This document shows, in pieces, positions 10,283-23,300 of a DNA stretch of 64,000 nt. The DNA is from Azolla caroliniana (lineage: Eukaryota > Plantae > Polypodiophyta). Within the stretch, counting starts at the first letter, position 1, and each line of letters begins with the position of its first letter. The notes under the pieces are model-generated. The model saw only the letters and a list, made by a program, of their open reading frames with translations, was not told the origin of the DNA and made no database searches. The stretch spans positions 8,494,001 to 8,558,000 of the forward strand of contig JBHGNT010000012.1 of the NCBI GenBank assembly GCA_043228905.1, written 5' to 3'. A program made the position numbers and the translations under genes.

Positions 10283-13200
10283 ATGCTACCACTGGGTCGG
10301 TTACTGCAATTGGTGCCCCAATTCACCGATGGTTTAAAATCAACATGGGCCCCACCAAACCCCACACCGGCTCCAACGTTCTTTTCAAATCTGGAGGAAG
10401 GGCCGGCAGTGGTCGATACCTGTAGCCCCGCAATCACCACCATTATCAAAGGATGGGAAGTACAAGGGATGATAGTCGATGGCGGATAGGGAGTAAATGT
10501 AATTAGCCTCCGAACATGCAACACTCTTGGAATCCAAGAATGGGAACCATGCCCGTTCTGGCTTCGGATGGCGGACACTAGCTCAGTAAGACCAACCGGA
10601 TTGATCTGAGATTTGGAGGTAACAATTGGAGGCCATGCCTTCCGGATTTCTGCCGCTGTCCTCCAGTTGAATGCATAGGGAGCATACCCATTGTTGCTGG
10701 GATGACCATGGTTATGGACAACCCACATTAAACAAAACTGGCAGAAGAACAACATTACGTTTCGAAGGGGGAAAACTAAGGTAAGAGTACCCACGCACCC
10801 TCAAGCGGGCGCAGGCAAGGAAGTAACACTGTTATATGCCGAAAGCTGAATATGCTGGAAGGGCTTGCCGATGAGGAGGTAGATCACTATCTTGATGAAA
10901 ACCCAAGGATAGTCCCTCTGTTCGAAGTGGACGTAGCAGAGGCGGTGTCCCCGTATATTGGGCAACCGGAGGATGCCGGTGAGGAGCCGGATAGGGACAC
11001 GATCCGGGAACTGTGATAAGCACAAGAGGCCCTAGAGTGGGAGATGGCGGTATCACAATGGGTGAAAGCATCACAATTGGAAGAAGCGAATTTGGGAACC
11101 AACGAAGAAGCAAGACCGATGCAGGTGGCCAAAGAAATGCCACCGGAGGAGAAATTGGCAATGGTCACATTATTGAAAGAATTCCGGGACGTATTTGTGT
11201 GGTCATATGAAGACACGTGGGGACTGGAACCGCAATTATATCAACACCAGATTCATTTAAGCAAGGATGTGAAACCGGTAGCGCTGAGACGTTACGGGAT
11301 GAATCCAAATTATGGGGCTAAAGTAAAAGAGGAGATCTACAAGTTGCTGCGGGTTGGGTTCGTCCGACCGGTGAAGAAAACCAGCTAGCTAAGCCCGATC
11401 GTGGTGGTACCGAAGAAAAACGGAAAGATCCGGGTCTGTGTGGATTACCGGAAATTGAATGCCGCTACTATCACTGATGCATTCCCGCTCCCATTCATGA
11501 ATGGAGTCTTGGATGCAGTAGTAGGCCACAAGGTGTATAGCTTCCTCGATGGATTCAACGAGTATAACCAAATTAGGATGCACCTGGACGATCAGTAGAA
11601 AACAACGCTCGTCACCGAATGGGGAGTCTTTGTAGTGGTCGTGATGATGTTCGGACTGAAAACGGCACCGGCAACATTCCAACGAATCATCATGGAAATT
11701 TTCGGGGAATTTATCCAAGCATTTATGCAAGTGTTCTTGGATGACTGTGCGGTGTACAGCAGGAAAGGAGAACATCTTGACCATCTCCAGTTATGCCTAG
11801 AGAAATGTAGAGGTTACCGGCTAAGTCTGAACCTAGTGAAATGCGTATTCGAGGTAACCAGCGGCATGCTACTAGGCCATATTGTGAGTAAGGACGGGAT
11901 TGTGATGGACCCGGATAAAGTTAAAGCCATTTTTGAAGCACCAACACCAACAACCGCCAAAGCTTTGAGCCGGTTTTTAGGGCAAATCCGGTGGCATAGC
12001 TTGTGACACCACTACATGCAGCTATACATCGGACACCTTTCCAATGGACAGAACCGGAGGATAAGGCATACCATGCGCTCAAAATAATGTTGTCCCAGGC
12101 ACCGGTCGTACAACCCCTAGATTGGTCGAAGGAATTTCATGTGTTCGTGGATGCATCTGATATCGTGATCGGCAACGTTCTTATGCAGCTCACCAAACCA
12201 AAGTGGTACCGACCGGTTTACTACGCCAGTCGAAAGGTCTCCCAGTCGGAACAGAATTATTGAACAACGGAAAGGGAAGCCTTGGGAATGATATACAACG
12301 TAACGAAGTTCCGTCACTACTTGCTGGGACGGAAATTCTCATTTCATGTGGATCATTCGACATTACTGTACTTAGTCTCCAAGGCATCGCTAACCGGCAA
12401 ACTAGCACGATGGATGCTGCTTCCACAGGAATTCGAATTCGAGATTTACCATAGACCGGCAATACAACCTGCGGTCGTGGATTACTTGAGCCGGTTAGAA
12501 TCCGGAGAGGTAGGTGACGGCGTCAAAGACGACCTTCCGGATGCGTAGCTGATTAGGGTAACAACGGAGAATATGGTGGACGGGACGGTTGCCGAGGAGG
12601 ACAAATGGTTGACGAATATGCATAAGTTTTTAAGCATCGGATTGCACCCGGAAGAATTGAACCAGGGCGAACGGAAGCGGTTGGCGGTACAAAGCTGACA
12701 TTTTTGTTTACTCCAGGATACACTGTACTACAAGGGAGCGGACGGTATATGGCGAAGAGCGGTTCGGAGCGAAGAAAAGGAGACAATTTTACGGGAAGCT
12801 CATTGTGGAGTCGCCGGAGTCGCCAGAGGACATTATGCTGGAGAAGCAACGGCAAAGAAGATATGGCGAAATGGATTGTGGTGGCCTACAACAATGAAGG
12901 ACTCGATTCGGTATGCAAAGGAATGTGACTTATGTCAACAGATGAGCCAACCAACAGAACAAGCAAGGATGCCACACCAGCCGGTGTTACCACTAGAGCC
13001 GTTTCAAAAATGGGGATTGGACTTCGTCAGACCTTTCAAACCTCCGGCAATGCAGATTGGGAACCGGTATATCATTGTAGCAACAGACTATTGCACAAAA
13101 TGGGTGGAACCAAAGGCACTCCGGGATAATACCGCAACCTCAACAACCAAGTTCCTATACGAGTACATTTGGTGCTGGCATGGATGCCTGATAGAATTGA

Positions 13201-13295
13201 TCAGTGATCAAGGAGGACATTTCCTCGGTCAAGTAGTAGAGAGATTGACGACGTTTTATGCGTTCATACACAAGCGGAGTACACCTTATTATCTG
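10283..13295 (+). pseudogene. pol of element A (PR-RT-RH-INT), integrase truncated
   Basis: IVDGG protease, [46 protein letters not shown] and ISDQG motifs, with many stops. Confidence 0.9.
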
Positions 13296-13377
13296 CTTGT
13301 GTACACAAAACCTTCGCATAACAGAGTCTCTCTCTTTTGGCGAACACAGAGCACTTAGCACATAGAGGCGAATACAG

Positions 13378-16100
13378 GTGATTAGGCAAACGCCTGAAGC
13401 TACCACAGGCACACCAAAGCTCTCCACGACCACCGAAACAGAGGACACGCTAGAGCCCATGGCGCTTTCTGAGACGGCCAAGAAATGGTTCACGCAACAT
13501 GGCTTGGAGGGATTCCTACGGATAGCAAAGGCACCTTTGCACGAAGAAGCGGAAAATGTCGCGAAGAAGATTGACCTAGAAGTAATCGCGGAGGAGGCCA
13601 TCTGCACCTTAATCGGATTGCCAGAGGAAGGGATCTACTCCATTGAGAATCCTTCTCCAGAGACGCTAACAAAGTACTTCGGGGAGTACTCCTTGGACAA
13701 CAAAGCGTACCGGACACAGGGCGACAACGACGCCTTGTTCTGAGAAGTAGCTCGTGTGCTCCACGAGCATGGGTTTGTGCACCCCCGACCCACGACAATG
13801 CCAAAGAACAAAGCCAGATTCATCATCGCCACATACAAAGGGGTAAAGGTGGATTGGCCTGTAATCATCGCTGATTGTTTGCGAGCGGCCATACAATCGG
13901 TGGTAGACGGCAAGAAGGTGTGGACAACAGTGGCTCAATGGCTCATTCTCCTAGTATTGCCAGTGCTGACATTCAAGGCAAAGACACGGGGCCGAACGAC
14001 CGATATGATGCCAAACAAGCCATCGAAGCGGCAACAACTCCTTGCCAAGCACACGCCCGGTTGGACAAAGGGAGGCTCATCACAGAAAGGGAAGGAGCAG
14101 CCTAGTCGGAAGAGGTAGGCAGAGATAGAGGCACCGGTAGAGCAACCGGTTGGGCCTCTTAAAGTCAAATTATGTTGGCAAGAGCAAGAGCCGCCTAACT
14201 TGGCTCAAGGGATAAACATGAGAACCCAACAGGAGGAGGCGGAGGAAGAACCCGCCGACACTCCCCTGCATCGCCAGAAGAGAAGCAACGTAGAGCAGAA
14301 GGGGGACGAATCGGGATCGGTAAAAGATAGCACACCGACAACCTGCTCTGAGGGACCAGAGCCAACGAAGGAAACGGAGCTTGATCGGTTAGTAATGGAA
14401 AGAGAAGTACTAGTCTCACCGGGTCGACAGGCACAACAAGAAAAGGAGTTGCTACTAGAAACAACAATCGGAACCGGCAAGGCAACAAGGCACCGATAGT
14501 CAATGGCTGCGATGGATCGGAGAGCAGGTGGCCGGGATTGTAAGCCAAATTGAAGCGGAAGAGAGAGCACAATGGGATTGTTTGTTCACCACAACCAAAG
14601 AACTCGAGAAGGTCCGGTCAAGGGGTTGTGGCGAGAGCAGAGCCATCACCACAATCGGAACCAGCAAGGCAACAAGGCACCGATAGTCAATGGTTGCGAT
14701 GGATCGGAGAGCAGGTGGCCAGGATTATAAGCCAAATTGAAGTGGAAGAGAGAGCACAATGGGATTGGTTGTTCGCCACAACCAAAGAACTTGAGAAGGT
14801 CTGGTCAAGGGGTTGTGGCGAGAGCAGAGCCAACACCACAATCTGAACTGGCAAGGCAACAAGGCACCGATAGTCAATGGCTGCGATGGATCGGAGAGCA
14901 GGTGGCCGGGATTGTAAGCCAAATTGAAGCGGAAGAGAGAGCACAATGGGATTGGTTGTTCGCCACAACCAAAGAACTCGAGAAGGTCTGGTCAAGGATC
15001 CGGAGCATGGAGGAAGAAATTGAGAAGGCCAAAGCAAACAACTAGATAGGTCAGTCAGGGGCCGACAGGACCAGAACTAGTGGCGCTGGTGATTGAGCAG
15101 ACAGATAACACGCCGGTAGCTCCTACAACACTAGATACAAGCATCACGCGGAAGCAAGAACTCTCCACTCAGTGGGAAGAGTTAGAAGCCCAGGAGGCCT
15201 TGAGGGCTAGAGAACGAGAGCAGAAGAAGGCATCAGAGGATGAGAAACGAAGACTCGAAGAAAATCTCCAGAAAAGCTGCCAATTAAATGACTGGTTGAA
15301 GGAAGAAATGGAGAAGCTGCTACAAGAGAAGGATAAGCTCTGTCGATCAACGGAAACCGAAATCGAGCGGCTCAAAGAAGAACTCCGGCAGCAAAAAGAC
15401 CGGGAAGACCGTGCCCGACGCCAAATAAACCAAAAGCTGAAGCAGAAGACAGAGGATTTTGAACTTACTGCACCGGGATCACAAGCATTTGGATGCGGAG
15501 CACAAGAAGTTGATGGCAGAAGGTGATCGATAGCAGGAGAAGCTAGGGGAACTCCGGAAGGAAGTCAACAGGGCGACGAAGGCATTGGCGGAAGAACGGA
15601 CCAAGGCAGTCGACATGGGAAAGGCACTGGAAGAAGCGGCAAGGGACCGGATGGAGCTCAACCGACAACATTATGAGGAGACGGAACGAGCAAAGATGGC
15701 GCTGAACAGAGTTCAGACAACTTATCAAACTCAATCCTGGAATATGAGGTGCAGGCACAGGCAACCCCGGGCCTGATAAAGAAGTTAAAGGAGGAAAGCA
15801 GGCTGCAGAGGACAAATCCAAGATGGGGCTCGCCGGATATGCGCCATTGTGTTGGCATGGAAAGAACGAACAAGGAGTATGATTGGTGAAAGCTCAGTGC
15901 AATGGTGATCAAAATAGGCACAATAGGCGGTGGTATTACAGATGTTGCGAGTGGATGCGGAGAACCAAAGAAAGGATGGTGACAACTTCTACAAGATGGA
16001 TGCGGAGAGTATTGTAACCATCTGGGAGGAGTTGTCGGACGATTTCTTGTCCTTGGCAGGGGAACAATTGGCGGCTAGTAGAACAACTAGATGATGACCA
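13378..16100 (+). pseudogene. Degenerate additional sense ORF downstream of integrase in A (globular N-part and long coiled coil)
   Basis: Chain of protein-like ORFs 13378-13743, 13756-14118, 14200-14499, 15080-15526 and 15585-15776 separated by single stops/frameshifts; E/K/R/Q-rich helical segment. Confidence 0.6.
14440..14995 (+). repeat. Tandem triplication with a unit of about 187 bp
   Basis: GCAAGGCAACAAGGCACCGATAGTCAATGG recurs near 14477, 14664 and 14851. Confidence 0.9.
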
Positions 16101-16365
16101 ACTTGGCACTCAACTCCAGTTCGAGCGATACGAACGGGAGCGAAGACAGTAGATAGAATCGCAAATGTCGGGGGCAATTAACATCAGTGATAGAGAGCAG
16201 GCTAGACACCAACAACAACAATAGGAACTACAACCGGAGGAACAACAACAACAAAAACTACAACCGGAGGAGCAACAACAATAGATAGAGCAACTACCCG
16301 ATGAACCATTGGAACCGCTGGACCAGAGCATTCTGGACATTCTGGAGGATGAATGAAGGGGCTAA

Positions 16366-16406
16366 CCGTGGGTTCGACGTACATGTACTGTCCCACGGGC
16401 GTGCCA
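16366..16406 (+). other. tRNA-3'-half-like motif ending in CCA at the PPT position of element A
   Basis: CCGTGGG TTCGAC GTACATGTAC TGT CCCACGG GCGTG CCA, then TG, then the LTR at 16409. Confidence 0.85.
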
Positions 16407-16408
16407 TG

Positions 16409-16817
16409 TGTTGGCCGGTTAGGCTAGAGTATGAAAGGGGAGTCGGTTTTGGGAGTTGTAATTAGTTAAATTATGATAATTATAAGATCGGATGGATGGA
16501 TCCAGAATCGGTATGCCGATCCGGATCTGAATCGGTTCATAACCGATTGTCGGTTGGCACCGATTTGTAACCCAGCCGAATACCTATAAAAGGATCCGGA
16601 GAGGATGTAAGGAACGATGGATAATTAATAGAGAGGTGTTGTGTCTTTACATATTGTGTATCTTGTTAATACCATTCTGTGCTTAATGTGATTATCATAC
16701 GCGTGTATCAAGTTAATCATTCCGGATAGTAACCGGGAAGGATCGGTCCTATATCACGGTCTGCACATTCCTTACCGTACCACCCCTTTGGTGAAGTGTT
16801 CCAAAGGGACACCCTGT
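16409..16817 (+). repeat. 3' LTR of element A, first part (remainder at 30099-30132)
   Basis: Colinear with 1282-1689; interrupted by element B. Confidence 0.92.
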
Positions 16818-16820
16818 TGT

Positions 16821-17585
16821 TGTCGGGAACCCTACGTTCCTTATGCGCGACGCTCGGCCACAACCGAGCTTAGAATGATACACAGAAAACGGGAAATAAA
16901 CATGACAAGAAGAGGAAGAGAATACACACGAGGTTTACGTGGAAAACCCCAAACTAGGGGAAAAACCACGGCAGCCCATAGGCTGCAAACTGTCACTATG
17001 TAGGAATATACAACAGTGAGTTCATTGAGGCACCGACCTCATGCTCACAAATCTTCGCCACAGGCGGCGGTTACAACAGAGGCAACGACCTCTTTCTCTC
17101 TCTCTCTCTCTCTCTCTTTGTGTACAGTTACGCACACTAATCTTGTGCAAAACAGAAAATAACAACAACACATAAAGTTTGCCCTAAGTCATATTTATAC
17201 TAATGTGACTTTTCGGCTATTTACAAATGTAGCCTCGATGGGCTCTTAGAAACATATTTACGAATATGTCTCTTCCTCCGGTTCGCACCGGGTCTGCGTC
17301 ATCCGGCTCTCCGTAGCCGGGTACTCCTCATCCGGTTCACACCGGGCCTGCACCATCCGGCTCTCCGTAGCCGGGTACTCCTCATCCGGTTCACACCGGG
17401 TCTGTATCATCCGGCTCTCCGTAGTCAGGTACTCTTCATCCGGTCTTCACGGGGTCTGCATTATCCGGCTCTCCGTGGCCGGGTCCACCTCATACGGTTT
17501 CGGCCGAGGCCTATCGGCCTCGGCCGAGTTTGTTCATCAGCACTGATCTTCTCCCTTCCCATCTGGAGGGACCTGTTTCCCAACA
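16821..17585 (-). mobile_element. Copia solo LTR (related to the LTR of G) with about 54-bp internal repeats
   Basis: TG..CA ends, TSD GTTGT (16816-16820 and 17586-17590), shares blocks with the LTR of G in reverse complement. Confidence 0.9.
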
Positions 17586-19950
17586 GTTGTCACGTTACTA
17601 CGCGCGTGCGTGGAGAAACGAGGCGGGACCACCGGGGTCTTGAACCGAAGAGTAGGTGATAGGAGGGGAAAGAGAAAGAGAGGGACGACCGGTTACGTAT
17701 GAGCAAAGAAACACAGGGACACGGCCCGTCAACGCAAAAAACACGAATGGACAGAGAGACAGAGAGACACGAATGTTCCTATATTAACAAATGACACAAA
17801 ACAACAGAGCACGCGAGCGGTTACAACCGAACAGGCCGGCAAACAGATGCCGATGCCTGCTCGTCTGTGCACGAAAGGGGATAGGATGGAGGTGCTGTCG
17901 GAAGCACACGGGCGTTCCTCGAAGCAGCGCGAGGCTCCCGAAATCCTGCAGAGAAGAGCGATGGAGAATGAACAGAGGAGAAGCGTTCCGTTACGGTCCG
18001 ACAGCACTTCGTCCTCCTCAATGCGCGATCCCTTCTCCCCGCGTCTCCCTCTCCTTTATAGCTTCAAGAAGGGAGCCGTTTCCCTCATTAACTTCCTACC
18101 TACCGAATCTAACTACCTAGGATATACCTTTGTACCTAATCCTCTATTATATACATTAGAGGGCGCGCACGCGTGAAGAGCCGGTTCGCGCGCGCTATGC
18201 ACCGATTGCGCTAAGGGACGGTTTTCTTCACGACATCTGCCCCCACCTAACCGCGCATCCACCGGTATGCGCCAAAATTGGGTTCTGGTTGGAGAAAACC
18301 GGTCTGGGTTCCGGTTCCTCGTCCATCGGTTCGTCCTCCGTTTCGGACTGTTCGTCGTCGCTGTCCAGGCCTCTTACATCCGGTTCGCCGTCGTGGCGCT
18401 TCTTGAACGCCTTGATCCACTTCCCTGCTACCGGTACCACCAATCCTCGTACTGTTGAGTTCCGCCAGGTGATACGTCCCGTTGTCGTTGGCGCTCGTTA
18501 CCACGTAAGGCCCGAACCACCGCTTTGCAAACTTCTGTGTTGCCCGGTGCTGGTTGTCGAGGCTGCTGTCGTAGACTAGCACCCAATCGCCTTCCTCGAT
18601 TTTCTTTGGTCGGAGCCGGTGCGTTCGGTCGAACCGGGCTTTGTTCCTCATTCTCGCCGTCCAAAGTCTCTCCGCCGCTTGTTCCACGTCCCCTGGCCTC
18701 CGCTCGAGCTGCCGTATACGCGCCGCTAGCAGTTCTTCCCGGCTCATCTCGTCTCTCCAGTCCACTGTCGCTCAAGAGGAGATCGTCCGTTCCATCGGCA
18801 TGATCGGCTTCTGTCCGAACATGAGCTCTGACGGCATGAACCCGGTTACCGAACTGTGCGTTGTCCGGTCCGCCCACAAGGCATAAGGTAACAGTCGTGG
18901 CCAGTTCCCGACCTGGCCTCCGCATGCCCGGACTAGCGCTTTGATGATCGGTCCGTGTCCGCGCTACACCTTCCCGTTCGCCTCCGAATTGTACGCTGTG
19001 GTGAGCGAGAGCTTGACCCCTAACCGGTCGAACAGCTCCTCGGCCTCTTCGGCGTCCAACTCCCCGCGGTCAGCCATGATCTTCCCGACGCACCCGTACC
19101 GGCATATCACGTCCTCGATCAGGAACCGACACATGACCGCGGTCATTTTGTTCTGCAGGGCTCGGCCTTCCACCTGGTTCGTCAGGTCCTCCCGGGCCAG
19201 CACCAGATATCGCATCTGCCCTACGCCCATCGGCATCGTCACCAAATCTACCATCCATTTGAAGTGGATGGCCGGAGGGTATGTAGGGTGAAGCTCGTCC
19301 CGATGTCGGACTATGGAGTGTATCTGACAGCTCTCACAAGTTGTCACGAACCGATGCACGTCCCGGTACAGTCCGGGCCACCAGTACTTCCCCTTTAGTT
19401 TCTCGAACGTGGCCCACGTCCCACGGTGTCCAGCCCAGGGGCTGTCGTGGTAGGCCTTCAGCAACTCCTCCTGTTCCTCCTTCATCGCCACTACTCGAAG
19501 CGGGATGCCGTTTCTCTTCTTCGGGTGCTTCCACAAGTATCCGTCCCGGAGAAAGAATCAGTACGCTTTCTTTCGGATCCGGTTGGCATCGTTCTTTGTC
19601 CATGACGCGTCCGACGTCATGGTCCTTAAGAATCCCCCAATCTGCAGCCACTCCCCGTCGTACTTGCTCTCGTTGAAATCCTTAAGCGCCGGAGTGCTCC
19701 CCCCCTCGGTTGTTACGTAAGACGCCTCGAAGAAGTCCACGCCGACTTCCTCGTCCTCCGAAACCATGCCGCCCTCATCGTCGAATCGCGCCCTCGAAAG
19801 CATGTCGGCCATGGCATTGTCTTTCCCGGAAATGTGTCGTATTTCCAGGCACAGGGACTTGATGTACGCTATCCACCTGAGCATTGCCAGGTCCGGGGTT
19901 GCGCATCCGGAAACCATGCCGAGAATCGGCAGGCAATCCGTCTCGATAAT

Positions 19951-20347
19951 TGTTGGGATTTCGGTCCCTCCGGATGGGATGTCCGGAGATGAATGACGGC
20001 AAGCCCGGTTGCGGTTACGGAACCGGATGAAGAGTACACAGTTACGGAGCCGGATGCTGAAGACCCCGGTTGCGGTTACGGAACCGGATGATGAAGAGTA
20101 CCCGGCATGAAGCCGGATGAAGAGTACACGGTTACGGAGCCGGATGCTGAAGACCCCGGTTACGGAGCCGGATGACGAATGTACCCGGAGAGAGATCCGG
20201 ATGCGGGGACATATCTGTGAATATGTTTGCCAAGGGCCCTTGAGGCTATATTTGTAAATAGCCCGAAAGTCATATGTGTATAAATATGACTTAGGGCAAA
20301 CAGTTTTGTCTGTGTTGTTGCTCAATTTTTATGCGAGGTGTGAGCAG

Positions 20348-20388
<41 letters not shown>

Positions 20389-23300
20389 GAAGAGGTCGTT
20401 GCCTCTGTGTATTACCGCCGCCTGTGGCGAAGACAGTGAGCTCAAGGTTGTTGCCTTGTAGCTTCACCAGTGTACATCCCTGTTCATAGTGATAGTTGGA
20501 GTTTGAGGACTCCCGTGGTTTTTTCCCATTTAGGGTTTTCCACGTAAAATATCCAGTGTACCTTTCTCTCTATTGTCCTCGTGCACTTTGTATTTCCCGT
20601 TTTCTGAGAGTTGATCCTACTCCTCGGTTGTGGCCGAGCACTGTTTTTCAACAAGTGGTATCAGAGCGACGGTAACACAGAAAATGGAAGGCGGCGGTAG
20701 TGGGCCTCCGGGCATGATGGTGTTGAACTCACAGAACTACGCCGACTGGAAGATAAAGATGGAAGACCTTCTCATCGTCCGAGACCTGTACGAACCGATC
20801 GACAATGCCGAGATACCCAAGGGAGTAATAGAGTCGGAGTGGAAGCTCCTGAACCGGAAAGCCGTAGCGACGATTCGGCAATATGTCGATGTAAGCGTCC
20901 TACAACATGTGGCGAACGACACCAACGCATATGAGATGTGGAAGAAGCTGTCGGGCCTCTACGAGAGGAAGAATGCGTTGAACCGGACCTCCCTGATGAG
21001 GAAGATAGTGAACCTCAAGTACTGGGACGGCGAGAATATGGTGGAACACGTGAGCACGTTCATGGGATTCGTGAACCAGCTTGCGGCGATCAAGTTCCCG
21101 TTGGAGGATGCAATGCAAGCCATCATTCTGATGTGTACATTGCCGGAAAGCTGGGAGAACTTGGTGGTGACTCTCAGCACCTCCTGCACCGAAGATAACT
21201 TGTCTCTACAAACGGTAAAGACAAGTATTTTGAACGAAGAAGCGCGTCGGAGAGATAAAGAACCGGCCTCCGACTCGAAGGCGCTGCTTACCGAATCCGA
21301 ACGGGGAAGATACTGGAACCGGAGTCCGCAAAGACGGGAGAAGTCGGGGACCCGGTCGCAGTCAAGAGGAAGACCCACCTGCTTCCACTGTGGGAAGTCG
21401 GGGCACTTCCGGAAGAATTGTCGGCATTACCGAAAGGACAACGGAGCCGACGACACCGATTCGAAGAAGTCACCGGAGAGAAACGGTGCTTACCGGGGAG
21501 CCACGGACCGGAGAGGTCCGGATCGGCGAGGGCAGGACCGGAAAGGAACGACGGCACTCGCGGCAAGTGAAGAAGAGATAATGCTCATTACCGAAGAGAG
21601 GGAGCTGAACCTTGCCGGTGAAGAGATGACTTGGGTGGTCGATTCCGGAGCGTCGTTCCACCTGACCCCGGAGAAGAAATACTTCTCATCCTACACAGCC
21701 GGTGAGCACGGCTGTGTCCGGATGGGAAATGAAGGTACGTGCCGGATAGCCGGCATAGGAGACGTGTGGCTGATGACCTCAACCGGATGCAAGATGCTGC
21801 TGAAGGATGTGCGACACGTTCCGGAGGTCCGATTGAACCTGATCTCGGCCGGGAGGCTAGATGATGAAGGCTACACGGGTAGCATCCGGAACGGTGTCAT
21901 GAAGTTCAGCAAGGGGAGCCTGATAGTGGCTCGGGCCCGGAAGGTCAACACACTGTACCTGATGAATTCCCGGCTATGTCCGGAAGAGCTGAATGTGGCA
22001 GCCGACACTGCCGGTGAGCTGTGGCACAAAAGACTGTGCCACATGAGTGAGAAGGGGATGAAGAGGCTTGCAGAAGACAACCTTATTCCAGTGAAGCATG
22101 TGCACCTGGAGAAGTGCACCGACTGCCTGGCCGGTAAGCAAAACCGGACCTCCTTCCACTCAAGGCCACCGACGAGACGTAGCGCACCATTGGAGTTGGT
22201 GCACACTGACGTGTGTCAAGTAGAAACGAAGTCACATGGCGGAGCCCAATACTTCGTGACATTCATTGATGACCACAGCCGGAAGCTGTGGACGGCACCG
22301 TTGAAGACAAAGGACCAAGTGTTGTGCGTCTTCAAAGAACTCCACGCGAGAGTGGAAAGAGAATCCGGCAAGAAGCTGAAAGCGATACGAGCGGATAACG
22401 GAGGGGAATACCGGGGGCAGTTCCAGGAGTACTGTCGCTCGAAGGGAATCCGGCTCGAGTTTACTGTGCCGAAGACGCCGGAACTGAACGGGCTGGCCGA
22501 GAGGATGAACCGGACCATAATGGAGAGGGTTCGGAGTATGCTGGCGCATGCGAAATTACCCAAGGGATTTTGGGCTGAGGCAATGTCGACGGCGACGTAT
22601 GTGATAAATAGATCACCCTCAGTACCTTTGGACGGAGACACGCCGCAGAGAGTGTGGACCGGTAGGGAAGTATCATACCGGCATCTGAAGGTGTTCGGGT
22701 GTCTCGCATATGTGCATGTGGCAAAGGACCGGAGAGGAAAGTTAGATCCAAAGACCCGGCCATGCATATTCCTCGGTTACGGCGACGACGAGTTCGGCTA
22801 CCGAGTATGGGACCCGGTCGACAAGAAGATATTCAGGAGTCGAGATATCATCTTCATGGAGGACAAGACACTCGCCGACTGGGAGTCGGAGAAGAGGATG
22901 AAGAGCTCCAAGTCGACCGGTGAGGATCAACTCTACGAAGAGCAGTCCCGACCGGCAAGGGACCGGTTAGCACTCGAGGATCCGGCCGAAGACGGTGAAG
23001 AAACAGAACCGGCCGAGGAAGATGAAACTGATACCGGAACCGGCCCCGATCCCGAAATGGATTCGGATGAAGAGGAAACGGAGGAGCCGGTTACCGAAGC
23101 TCCGGAACGGAGATATCCTCTAAGAGAGAGAAGGGCCCCCCGGAGATTTCCGGAACCAGAGCACGTGCTGCTAACCGACGAGGGGGAGCCGGAGAGCTTT
23201 GAAGAAGCAAAACTTGACACCCATAGCCGCAGGTGGTTAAGTGCCATGCAGGAGGAGATGGATTCCCTGCATGAGAACCACACATATGAACTTGTGGAGT

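Noticed and set aside
19558-20325. 255-aa ORF spanning the G LTR and B pol
   Set aside because: Chance fusion of antisense LTR sequence with the RNase H frame of B.
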